From positions 17,047-81,046 of the forward strand of contig CAZXUR010000001.1 of assembly GCA_964644245.1 (NCBI GenBank): a stretch of 64,000 nt of DNA, in the 5' to 3' direction. Under the pieces are notes generated by a model. It made no database searches and had not been told where the DNA came from. It saw nothing but the letters and a program-made list of their open reading frames with translations. Source of the stretch: an uncultured archaeon. Its GTDB lineage: Archaea > Aenigmatarchaeota > Aenigmatarchaeia > CAZXUR01. Positions 53,539 to 61,511 of this stretch are shown here, piece by piece; the first letter of the stretch is position 1; every line of letters starts with the position of its first letter. The translations under genes were made by a program, and so were the position numbers.

Positions 53539-54243
53539 ATGTCGGGTCCGTATCTTCAGGGGAAGAAGTGCATAATAGCTAATTTTCACGACACCATAAC
53601 CAAGCCGGGCATCGATAACCTGCCTGAAAAAAGGATAGCTGACTACTGGATAGACGAGTGTGAACTGGAAGGGTTGGAAGACAAAAGGGACAAGTGCATG
53701 GAACTCGTGCGCAGGGGAGACCAGAACCCCAACAACTACGACTACGTGACCAAATCATGGCTGGAGGTCGGGAAAGGGAAACCGCTCTCTGAAGAGGTTG
53801 CCGTAAAGGCCGGGGTGAGGGAATGCGTCTCAGAACAGACCAGGGAAGCCGTCAGGAGAATTGACGAGGAAACCGACATAGAAATGTACATAGTGACCAA
53901 CTGTCCGGACGACTTGGTGAGGTGGACACTGGGCGATGACTGCGCGGGACGGTTCAAGGGCATAGTAGGCAACAAGGTCTATTGCCAGAACGGGGTCTGT
54001 GTAGGATACAATTTCACAAACAGACAGGAGAAGAAGCAGGAAACCATAGACAGATACGCACGTTCCTTGAGAATGGAACCGGCCAAGACATTGTGCGTGG
54101 GCAAATACCCGTTCGATGCAGGTTACCACATGCCTCTGGTGGTGGTTGCCAACGGAAACGAGAGTCGCAGACTCATCGCGGAAGACCAAAAAATACCCAC
54201 CATAAAAGAGTTCTCAAACCTACTGGATGGGGAAGAGGCTTGA
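53539..54243 (+). CDS. hypothetical protein, HAD-fold-like with degenerate catalytic motifs
   Basis: AAGGAG Shine-Dalgarno sequence 7 nt upstream of the ATG at 53539. IIANFHDTIT in place of DxDxT, MYIVTNCPDD (motif II-like), CVGKYPFDAG in place of GDxxxD. Confidence 0.4.
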   Translation: MSGPYLQGKKCIIANFHDTITKPGIDNLPEKRIADYWIDECELEGLEDKRDKCMELVRRGDQNPNNYDYVTKSWLEVGKGKPLSEEVAVKAGVRECVSEQTREAVRRIDEETDIEMYIVTNCPDDLVRWTLGDDCAGRFKGIVGNKVYCQNGVCVGYNFTNRQEKKQETIDRYARSLRMEPAKTLCVGKYPFDAGYHMPLVVVANGNESRRLIAEDQKIPTIKEFSNLLDGEEA

Positions 54244-54290
54244 GGCTTCTAACCTTTATAAACCTTGAGCATTAACTATAATTGATTTTT

Positions 54291-54593
54291 ATGGGAAAAG
54301 GAAGTGCACCTTACAACAGAACCTGGAAACACACCGGTAAAAGGGGCAGAGAGACCGTTGTTACCTGTGGATACTGTGGCAGGAAAGTCCCGAAGCACAA
54401 GACTTTCACCAAGCACACCGGTTTCCGGATAACCGACCCTGCTCTCAAAAAACAGCTGAAGAAGAGTCAAGTCAGGACTTTTTCCAGAAAGATATACGTT
54501 TGCCCTGCCTGCGCAAGGTTCCACCACGTGGTCAGGGTGGGAAGGTCGAGAAAGTCCAGGCACGTCAAGAAGAAGAGACGTAAAAGGCGTTAG
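54291..54593 (+). CDS. rps26e: 30S ribosomal protein S26e (eS26)
   Basis: ATG at 54291. GRETVVTCGYCGRKVPKHK...IYVCPACARFHHVVRVGRSR matches the eS26 Zn-ribbon pattern. Basic tail. Confidence 0.85.
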   Translation: MGKGSAPYNRTWKHTGKRGRETVVTCGYCGRKVPKHKTFTKHTGFRITDPALKKQLKKSQVRTFSRKIYVCPACARFHHVVRVGRSRKSRHVKKKRRKRR

Positions 54594-54635
54594 ACCTCTA
54601 GCAAAACTTTAAAAGCATTCTAAACGACTTATTTT

Positions 54636-54902
54636 GGAGGCTAGGACGTCGGAGTAGGCCACCGATGTAACCGTAAATGGTCTTTAGCGGGTCTGAAGCT
54701 CAAGGGAGGCATGCATAAGAACATTGGTCCTGCGAGCCGACTGCGAAGCTCAGCCTCTAGGGATGGTATATTTTGTGAACCGGGTCAGGGCCGGAAGGCA
54801 GCAGCTCTAAGCATTTTAGACCATGCTCTGGAGTTCACTGAGTGGAGAAGGTCCGGAGGGTTAACCAACGTCCTTGTGTCTGCCCACTGAGAGCGTGCCT
54901 CC
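54636..54902 (+). ncRNA. signal recognition particle RNA (7S RNA)
   Basis: Helix-8 core GAACCGGGTCAGGGCCGGAAGGCAGCAGC, 5' GGAGGCTAGG pairing with 3' GCCTCC. The ends are approximate. Confidence 0.8.
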
Positions 54903-54936
54903 TTAATTTTATATACCAGCCACAAGAAATATCTCT

Positions 54937-55644
54937 ATGGCTAAATCCAAGAAGAAAAAGAAAACCAAGAAAAAGACCAAGGCACAGAAAAAACCGAAGA
55001 AGAGGAACGGGAAATTCGGTACCACCAAAGTTCCCCCACCACAGGTAAAGGATATTCCCAATGGAATCAAACTCCCTCCTCCTCCCAAGCCAAAACCGGT
55101 CAAAATTAAACTCATGGCCAGAAAACCGTCCATTCTCAAAAACGGAATTACCGGAGTCAAGAAGAGCAGGAAGAAAGTGGGAAAGAAGGCCAAAAGCCTC
55201 AAGAAAATATCACTATCCAAGCCGAAATTCAAAATCGGCTTCCCGAAGATAATCAAAAAGTATGGAAGGAGATTGAAGAAGAGGTTGACTCCCAAGAAGA
55301 AATCCAAGCACCTGAAAAAGGTGGCCAAAAAGACAGTGAAAATCAAGAAGAAGGTCAAGAAAAAAGTCATGCCTCCGCCCAGGAAGAAGAAGAGAAAAAA
55401 GCCAAAAGGCAGGCCCAAAAAACTCAAAGTCGGGGACGTGTCAGGCGCTTACCTGGGAGACTACGTGTCTGTGAAAGGGAAGCCCATACTCACCAGAGAC
55501 TTTCCTGACGATGACCTCGGCTACCGTCTGGAGGACAAGACAGGCGACATAATAGTCCTCAGCAGGAAGAAGTTAAAGCCGGGCAGGCAGACCATAAGGG
55601 GCGTGGTCAAGAGGAAATTCGGGGTCCTGTACATACGCATCTAA
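54937..55644 (+). CDS. extremely Lys-rich protein with a beta-rich (OB-like) C-terminal domain of about 75 aa
   Basis: About 160 aa of K/P-rich sequence (KKKKKTKKKTKAQKKPKKR..., PPPPKPKP), then VGDVSGAYLGDYVSVKGKPILTR...IRGVVKRKFGVLYIRI. Confidence 0.6.
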   Translation: MAKSKKKKKTKKKTKAQKKPKKRNGKFGTTKVPPPQVKDIPNGIKLPPPPKPKPVKIKLMARKPSILKNGITGVKKSRKKVGKKAKSLKKISLSKPKFKIGFPKIIKKYGRRLKKRLTPKKKSKHLKKVAKKTVKIKKKVKKKVMPPPRKKKRKKPKGRPKKLKVGDVSGAYLGDYVSVKGKPILTRDFPDDDLGYRLEDKTGDIIVLSRKKLKPGRQTIRGVVKRKFGVLYIRI

Positions 55645-55677
55645 AAGGTTTATATGTTCTGTGGTTGAATTAAATTC

Positions 55678-56253
55678 ATGGAAGAACGGGAGAAATTGGA
55701 AATAAGGGACTTGGCAGTGGCTGCTGTAGCACTGGCTGCGGTGTTTGCCTATCCCAACTTCGGAATGATGCCAGAAGCGCTGCTGGCGGTATCCGTGGCC
55801 TTCATCGTGCACGAACTGGCCCACAGATACGTGTCCAGGCGCATGGGCTGCGTGGCCTACTTCCGTTTATGGACTGCGGGACTTGCCATTGCCTTCCTGG
55901 CAGCGGTGATAACCAACGGTAATTTGATATTCGCGGCTCCGGGAGCAGTGATGATATATCCTGCCACCAAGAAGAGATGGACATACGTGTCTTCCCATAT
56001 GACACCCAGGACTTACGGGGTGATATCACTTTCCGGACCACTCTCCAACCTGTTTTTGGGCCTGATATTCTTCAACCTGGGAAGCCTTTTCTCCATATTC
56101 TATCTGGCAGCCAGGGTAAACGTGTTTTTAGCGCTTTTCAACTTGCTTCCCATTCCGCCACTGGACGGGTCCAAGGTACTCATGTGGGACGTCAGAATCT
56201 GGGTGGCATCCATAGCAGCTGCCCTGCTTTCCCTGTCCTTCTTAGCGGTTTAA
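55678..56253 (+). CDS. M50-family membrane metalloprotease (short form)
   Basis: HELAHRYVS zinc motif and FNLLPIPPLDGSKV motif; 191 aa. TATA-like tttatatg about 25 nt upstream. Confidence 0.8.
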   Translation: MEEREKLEIRDLAVAAVALAAVFAYPNFGMMPEALLAVSVAFIVHELAHRYVSRRMGCVAYFRLWTAGLAIAFLAAVITNGNLIFAAPGAVMIYPATKKRWTYVSSHMTPRTYGVISLSGPLSNLFLGLIFFNLGSLFSIFYLAARVNVFLALFNLLPIPPLDGSKVLMWDVRIWVASIAAALLSLSFLAV

Positions 56254-56284
56254 ATTTATTTAACTGAAAGCACGAATTATAAAC

Positions 56285-57544
56285 ATGCCTAAAGTCGTGA
56301 TAGGAAGGAACCAGGAAGACCTCAAGACTTACGGTGAGGAAGGCACAATCCTGCTGGGAAAACACATCGTAGGAAAGGGTGAGGAGGCGCACCTGACATC
56401 TCCCATGCTCATGGACGTCCTGAGGCCTCACTGCGTGCTGATATGCGGAAAGAGAGGAAGCGGAAAGTCCTTCACCATGGGAGTCATAGCAGAAGAAATC
56501 ATGAAACTAAAGGAAGAGCTGAGGGAAAGGCTATCCGTGGTGGTCGTAGACACACAGGGCATATACTGGTCCATGAGAGAGCAGAACGAGAAGGACGTGG
56601 TACTGCTGGACGACTGGGACCTCAAGCCCAAAGGATTCCCGGTATCGTTCTACGTACCCAAAGGACACAAGAAGAAGTTTGACAAGGCAGGAGTAGCCTA
56701 TGAAGGCGACTACTCCATAGAGCCCAACGACCTGTCTGCAGAAGACTGGGCGCTTGCCTTTGACGTTGATTTGAACTCGCCGCTGGGCATACTCCTTGCA
56801 AGGGTGGTGAGGCACATGCAGGGCTCTTACTCCATAAAAGACATGGTGGAGCAGGTCTACAAGGAAGAAAGATTCGAGGAAAGGACAAAACTCACAATGG
56901 AGAACCTTCTGCTGGGAGCAGAGGAATGGGGAATATTCTCAGAGAAGGGGACGGAGACAAAGGAACTTCTGAGACCGGGAAAGATATCGGTCATAGACGT
57001 GTCACTGTTCTCGGGTATGAGCACCGGATGGTCGGTGAGGAGCCTTCTGGTAGGCCTTTTGACAAAAAAGATATACGAAGCCAGGGTTGTGGCCAGGAGG
57101 AAAGAGGAACTGTCCTCCATAACCGGAGGCCGGTCAAAAGGCACTCCGCTATGCTGGATAATGATGGACGAGGCACACAACTTCGTTCCTTCCGAAGGGA
57201 GGACCGCAGCCACCGACCCACTGCTGATGACCGTAACACAGGGAAGACAACCCGGGGTGTCGACAGTGTTCATAACCCAGAGGCCCAACCGGCTCCATCC
57301 CACAGTCATCGCCCAGAGCGATTTGGTAGTCTCCCATCGCCTGACGTCAAAGACAGACATAGACGCACTGGAAGCGGTGATGCAGACCTACATGATGTAC
57401 GACATGGAAAAGTACATCAACGAGTTGCCGAGAATGCCGGGAGTTGCTCTGATACTGGACGACAATTCGGAAAGGCTGTACACCATCAGGGTGAGGCCGA
57501 GACAGTCCTGGCACGCTGGTTCAAGTCCGGTGGCAAAGGGCTGA
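56285..57544 (+). CDS. DUF87/HerA-like P-loop ATPase
   Basis: Walker A ICGKRGSGKSFT, Walker B CWIMMDEAHNF, FITQRP sensor motif; 419 aa. Confidence 0.8.
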   Translation: MPKVVIGRNQEDLKTYGEEGTILLGKHIVGKGEEAHLTSPMLMDVLRPHCVLICGKRGSGKSFTMGVIAEEIMKLKEELRERLSVVVVDTQGIYWSMREQNEKDVVLLDDWDLKPKGFPVSFYVPKGHKKKFDKAGVAYEGDYSIEPNDLSAEDWALAFDVDLNSPLGILLARVVRHMQGSYSIKDMVEQVYKEERFEERTKLTMENLLLGAEEWGIFSEKGTETKELLRPGKISVIDVSLFSGMSTGWSVRSLLVGLLTKKIYEARVVARRKEELSSITGGRSKGTPLCWIMMDEAHNFVPSEGRTAATDPLLMTVTQGRQPGVSTVFITQRPNRLHPTVIAQSDLVVSHRLTSKTDIDALEAVMQTYMMYDMEKYINELPRMPGVALILDDNSERLYTIRVRPRQSWHAGSSPVAKG

Positions 57545-60217
57545 CTACTTACCCCTCTGCTGTTTGTACAGTTTCTCTATATAACCGACTTTGTTAACGT
57601 CTTCTGGCTTCTTTTCCTCTTCCCTGAACCTGAGGAGTCTGGGGAAACGCAAGGCATAACCACTGGCGTATTTGGGCGACTTCTGGATTTCCTCGTACCC
57701 GACTTCCACTACTATCTTTGGCTTTAACTTAACGGTCCTTCCTTCCTCGCTTACCACCAGTTTCTTCAGTTTTTTGGTCATTTTCTTGAGCTGGTCCTCG
57801 GTAAGACCGGTGCCCATCTTCCCGGTGGGCAGGAACTCTCCCTTGTCGTCCTTGCAGGCCAGTGTGAGAGAAGACAGCCACTTGCTCCGCTTGCCCTTGC
57901 CCCATTTAGCCTTGACTATAACCAGGTCCAAAGGTTCCATGGTAGGCTTGACCTTGAGCCAGTACCCCACACGCTTACCCGGTTTGTACTCTGCGTCCAG
58001 ATTCTTGACTATCAGGCCTTCCTGTCCCTTCTTCAAGGACTTCTCATAGAAATTCTCCGCCTTTTTCTTGCTTTTGGTCTCCATATGTTCTGCCAACTTG
58101 AAATCCTTGGTCTCCTTAACCATTGATTTCAGTTTCTTCCATCTCTTCTTCAACGGCTTTTTCATGTAATTGTCGCCCTTCCATGCCAGGAGTTCGAACA
58201 GGTTCATCTGTATGGGAATCTCTTCCATCATCTTCTCGATTTTATACTTGCGTTTGATGCGCTTGGACAGCTTCTGGAAGGGTCTGGGCTTGCCGTCCTT
58301 ACCTATGGCCAGGACCTCGCCCTCGATTATGAAGTTCTTTCCCTTCACGTTCTTCTTCACCCACTCCACTATTTCTGGGAACTGTTTGGTCACCTCGTCC
58401 AGACGTCTGGAGAACAACTTGACACTCTTCCTCTTCTTGTGTATTTGGCAGTTATGTAAAGCCGTCAGAGGAGTACAATAACTTTTGTCATCACTTACCT
58501 GAAGATTATATAATGGTGTTCTTGGGTCTCTTTTTTTTAGTTCTTTTAAACGATTAATTTTGGTAAACAAATGTCCTTCCTCCAACCAAGCTTTTTTTCG
58601 GGTTTTTGGTACTATTAGAAAATAATAAGTTTTTTTGTTTTCAGCTCTAAATTTTCTTACACCAACAACTTTTCCTTTACTCAGACAAATTAGTTGTCCC
58701 AAGGCTGCCAAATCTCTTTCCTTAGTGGTAATCCTAATAGTTCCTTGAGGTGACTCACTGCCATCTGATTCTATCCAGCCCTGAAGGAATTCCTCAAACC
58801 TCTTTTTATCTATTCCCGTGAACCATTTTGGAATCATTTTACCTGTCCAATCCCTTCTAAAGTTTTTTGTCAGCCAAATTCTGAACGGCTTGTCTCTCCA
58901 ATAGACTGAGATGCCACCGTCATGTGAGTATTCAGAAATCTCCTTTATTTTGAACGTTTTTTTGACCAAATCTTTGTAGGACTCTTTGAGTTTCTTGTCT
59001 TTTTTATTAAACATCAATCCTATCCTTTCTGTGTTATGATACTTGTTGGTAAAACCATCTCCTATCCAATACCCTAGAAACCTGAAAAATTTTTCATCCA
59101 TTATAATTTTTTTCGAGTATCCCGACTTAGTTTGGAGTGTCAATTCTCTGGGCACGCTTTTTGTCTTAAACTTTGGGGCAGGAAAGGCAAGCAAATCATC
59201 TTTCCTGATTTTTTCAACAGGAATCCACTCTAAACCATTTCTTTTACAAAGAATTTTGTGTCCTTCTGTTATCCTAAAGGAATTGCCCAGATAAGTCTGA
59301 AGTTCGAATAATTTCTCTCCTTTATCTATTTTCCTTTTATTTTTAGCTACAACCTTTTCAAATCTGCCTTTATGTGTGAGGACCATGTCTCCCTCTTTAA
59401 CATCTTTAACCGACAAAAGCCCTTTTTCTTTGACATAAATTGGTGTTAATCCTGTAATACACCTGAACCCATCATATTTGAACTCAAGAGCCGGCTTGTC
59501 GAACGTCTCCATGGCCTCTTCCAGGCCTTCTGACTTCTCTGCCAGCTGCACGCGGATTGGTGTTCCAATCTTCAGGGAAACGTCCTTAAGTTCCTTCCCA
59601 CCCTTCTTGGCCAGTTGTGCTACTTTCCCGTAATCGGTCAGAAGGTTGAACGCCTCTTCCACATCCGAAGGCTCTATGCCAAAGGCCTTGCCAATCGCGT
59701 CCCTGACCAGACCCTCGGCCACCCCGACTCTCAGCTCACCGAGGACGGTCCTGACCACGTACCTGGCCTCTTTGGGCTTGGCGCAGGAGACCAGCTCTGC
59801 CACCAGGTCGACTTTCCTGCTCTGAGAGCCAGAGCCACTCATTTTAGGCAGTTTTCTCAAGTTTTTGTAGACTTTTTTCACCGTCAGATTACGGTCAGCC
59901 AACGTCCTCTGCTTCTTCTTGGATACCAGTTTTTCCACGGTCAAACCCAAGTCACCGGTGTCTTTGTAAACCGAGATTATCTTCTTCTTCGACTCTCCGG
60001 TTGCCTTAGCAATGACCTGTTTCATGGTGCTGGCAGCTATGCCTATATCCTCCTCGCTCGATTCGGGGAACACCTTTCCCCGTGAGAGCAGAGCCACCCT
60101 GTACAGGGACTTGGAGGACAGAGACTTGAACAGTTTGGCAAGTATCTCCGTCTTTTCCAGCTTCTTGCTGGTGGACTCCAGTTCCTCGTAGACATCGGCC
60201 AGTTTTGAGTAATCCAT
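57545..60217 (-). CDS. lig: ATP-dependent DNA ligase interrupted by an intein
   Basis: Motif I EFKYDGFR|C...HN|CQIH is split. Downstream are EGEVLA, EGLIVK and WLKVK motifs plus an OB domain. 890 aa including a 337-aa insert. Confidence 0.93.
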   Translation of the reverse strand: MDYSKLADVYEELESTSKKLEKTEILAKLFKSLSSKSLYRVALLSRGKVFPESSEEDIGIAASTMKQVIAKATGESKKKIISVYKDTGDLGLTVEKLVSKKKQRTLADRNLTVKKVYKNLRKLPKMSGSGSQSRKVDLVAELVSCAKPKEARYVVRTVLGELRVGVAEGLVRDAIGKAFGIEPSDVEEAFNLLTDYGKVAQLAKKGGKELKDVSLKIGTPIRVQLAEKSEGLEEAMETFDKPALEFKYDGFRCITGLTPIYVKEKGLLSVKDVKEGDMVLTHKGRFEKVVAKNKRKIDKGEKLFELQTYLGNSFRITEGHKILCKRNGLEWIPVEKIRKDDLLAFPAPKFKTKSVPRELTLQTKSGYSKKIIMDEKFFRFLGYWIGDGFTNKYHNTERIGLMFNKKDKKLKESYKDLVKKTFKIKEISEYSHDGGISVYWRDKPFRIWLTKNFRRDWTGKMIPKWFTGIDKKRFEEFLQGWIESDGSESPQGTIRITTKERDLAALGQLICLSKGKVVGVRKFRAENKKTYYFLIVPKTRKKAWLEEGHLFTKINRLKELKKRDPRTPLYNLQVSDDKSYCTPLTALHNCQIHKKRKSVKLFSRRLDEVTKQFPEIVEWVKKNVKGKNFIIEGEVLAIGKDGKPRPFQKLSKRIKRKYKIEKMMEEIPIQMNLFELLAWKGDNYMKKPLKKRWKKLKSMVKETKDFKLAEHMETKSKKKAENFYEKSLKKGQEGLIVKNLDAEYKPGKRVGYWLKVKPTMEPLDLVIVKAKWGKGKRSKWLSSLTLACKDDKGEFLPTGKMGTGLTEDQLKKMTKKLKKLVVSEEGRTVKLKPKIVVEVGYEEIQKSPKYASGYALRFPRLLRFREEEKKPEDVNKVGYIEKLYKQQRGK
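58451..59461 (-). mobile_element. intein (337 aa) with LAGLIDADG homing endonuclease, in ligase motif I
   Basis: Starts CITGLTPIYV and ends LTALHN, followed by +1 Cys. LAGLIDADG-type blocks FLGYWIGDGF and FLQGWIESDGS. The DNA is visibly more AT-rich than the flanking ligase sequence. Confidence 0.88.
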
Positions 60218-60249
60218 GGGTTAAATAGGGAACAAGAGGTTAAAAAAGT

Positions 60250-60753
60250 TTATTCGAGAAATTTTTCCATGAGTATTTCATCATCATACTTTCCGTCTAT
60301 TTTCACCTGCTTACTGTATTTTCCCACTTTCTTGAAAACATGTTTTTGGTAAAACTTCAACCCGGCCTTATTGGTGGCTCTTACCTGAGTGGAAAATTTG
60401 ATGTATCCATGTTTTTTGGCAAATTTGAAAGATTCCTCTATCAGAGCACTTCCCACGCCCTTCCCCCGGTAATTCTTCAAGACATATGTATCTGTGGTTG
60501 CCACATGCCCGGTGCTTCCCAAACTCTTTTGATGAACAGTCACAGCCTGGCATCCAATTACCTTTCCGTTAACTTCAGCCACAAACATCTTCTCCCTTCC
60601 TTTCAGACCTTTGATGAACCTCTCTTCATCCTCCAATGTGAATTCCCTGTCTATGGCAGAACGGTTCCTTTCCTTGACAACAGAATCGAGGATTCCAAGA
60701 ACGGCGGGGGCATCGTTATTTTTTGCCTCCCTGATGGTTATTTCCATACTCAT
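60250..60753 (-). CDS. GNAT-family N-acetyltransferase
   Basis: YRGKGVGSALIEESFKFAKKHGY acetyl-CoA-binding motif; 167 aa. Confidence 0.85.
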   Translation of the reverse strand: MSMEITIREAKNNDAPAVLGILDSVVKERNRSAIDREFTLEDEERFIKGLKGREKMFVAEVNGKVIGCQAVTVHQKSLGSTGHVATTDTYVLKNYRGKGVGSALIEESFKFAKKHGYIKFSTQVRATNKAGLKFYQKHVFKKVGKYSKQVKIDGKYDDEILMEKFLE

Positions 60754-60804
60754 AAGGCAATGGAAAGGTTTTTAAAGGTTTTCAAGTGTCCTTCACTGGA
60801 TAAC

Positions 60805-61455
60805 ATGATAGAAGCCATAAAAAACAGGAAGTCAGTCAGGCATTACTCTAAGAGAGAAGTTCCTTTAGAAGACATGTACGAAGTACTGGACGCCGGACGG
60901 GTAGCGCCTTCAGCCGGAAACATGCAGGACAGGATGTTCATACTGGTAACCGAGGATAAAATCAAGGAAAAGATAGCAGAGGCCTGCGACCAGGCGTTCG
61001 TGAAGACCGCTCCGGTGATAGTAGTGGTGATTGTGGACACCAAACTGGCAAAAGAAAGGTACAACAAGCGTGGTGAAGAACTGTATGCTGTGTGCGACGC
61101 TGCTGCAACCATGGAAAACATGCTCATCCAAGCCACAGACATGGGAATCGCCTCTTGCTGGGTGGGCGCATTCAACGACAATCATTTGAGAGCAACCCTG
61201 GACATACCAAAGGAATTCAGGCCGGTGGGTCTGGTGACAATGGGATACGAAGAGAAATCATTTGAGAAGCAGCCAGAGAAGTTCGGATTGGAATCACTGG
61301 TTTACAAGGAAAAGTACGGTAAGAAACAACAAAAGGAATGGACTACTCTTTCAGAAGAGCTGAAGGGCCTGAAGAAGGCTGCCAAGAGTCTGAATCAAAG
61401 AATCAAGAAAAAGGGATTCTTGGAAGTGTTCAAGGAAGAATTCGGATTCTCCTAG
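60805..61455 (+). CDS. nitroreductase-family protein
   Basis: ATG at 60805 (the track ORF extends antisense into the GNAT gene). IKNRKSVRHYS, APSAGNMQ, and ASCWVGAF motifs. Confidence 0.85.
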   Translation: MIEAIKNRKSVRHYSKREVPLEDMYEVLDAGRVAPSAGNMQDRMFILVTEDKIKEKIAEACDQAFVKTAPVIVVVIVDTKLAKERYNKRGEELYAVCDAAATMENMLIQATDMGIASCWVGAFNDNHLRATLDIPKEFRPVGLVTMGYEEKSFEKQPEKFGLESLVYKEKYGKKQQKEWTTLSEELKGLKKAAKSLNQRIKKKGFLEVFKEEFGFS

Positions 61456-61511
61456 CGGAAATATCGGAAACGCACTCGTAATGGTTAAAACCTTTGAGAA
61501 CAATTATTTTT

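Noticed and set aside
54909-55427. 172-aa minus-strand Phe/Leu-rich ORF (similar ones at 34455-34769, 30871-31228 and 63262-63981)
   Set aside because: These are reverse-complement readings of Lys-codon runs (AAG/AAA read as CTT/TTT). The sense Lys-rich genes have proper starts and promoters.
60340-60804. 5' part of the 371-aa plus-strand ORF
   Set aside because: This portion is antisense to the GNAT acetyltransferase. The nitroreductase domain begins at the internal ATG at 60805.
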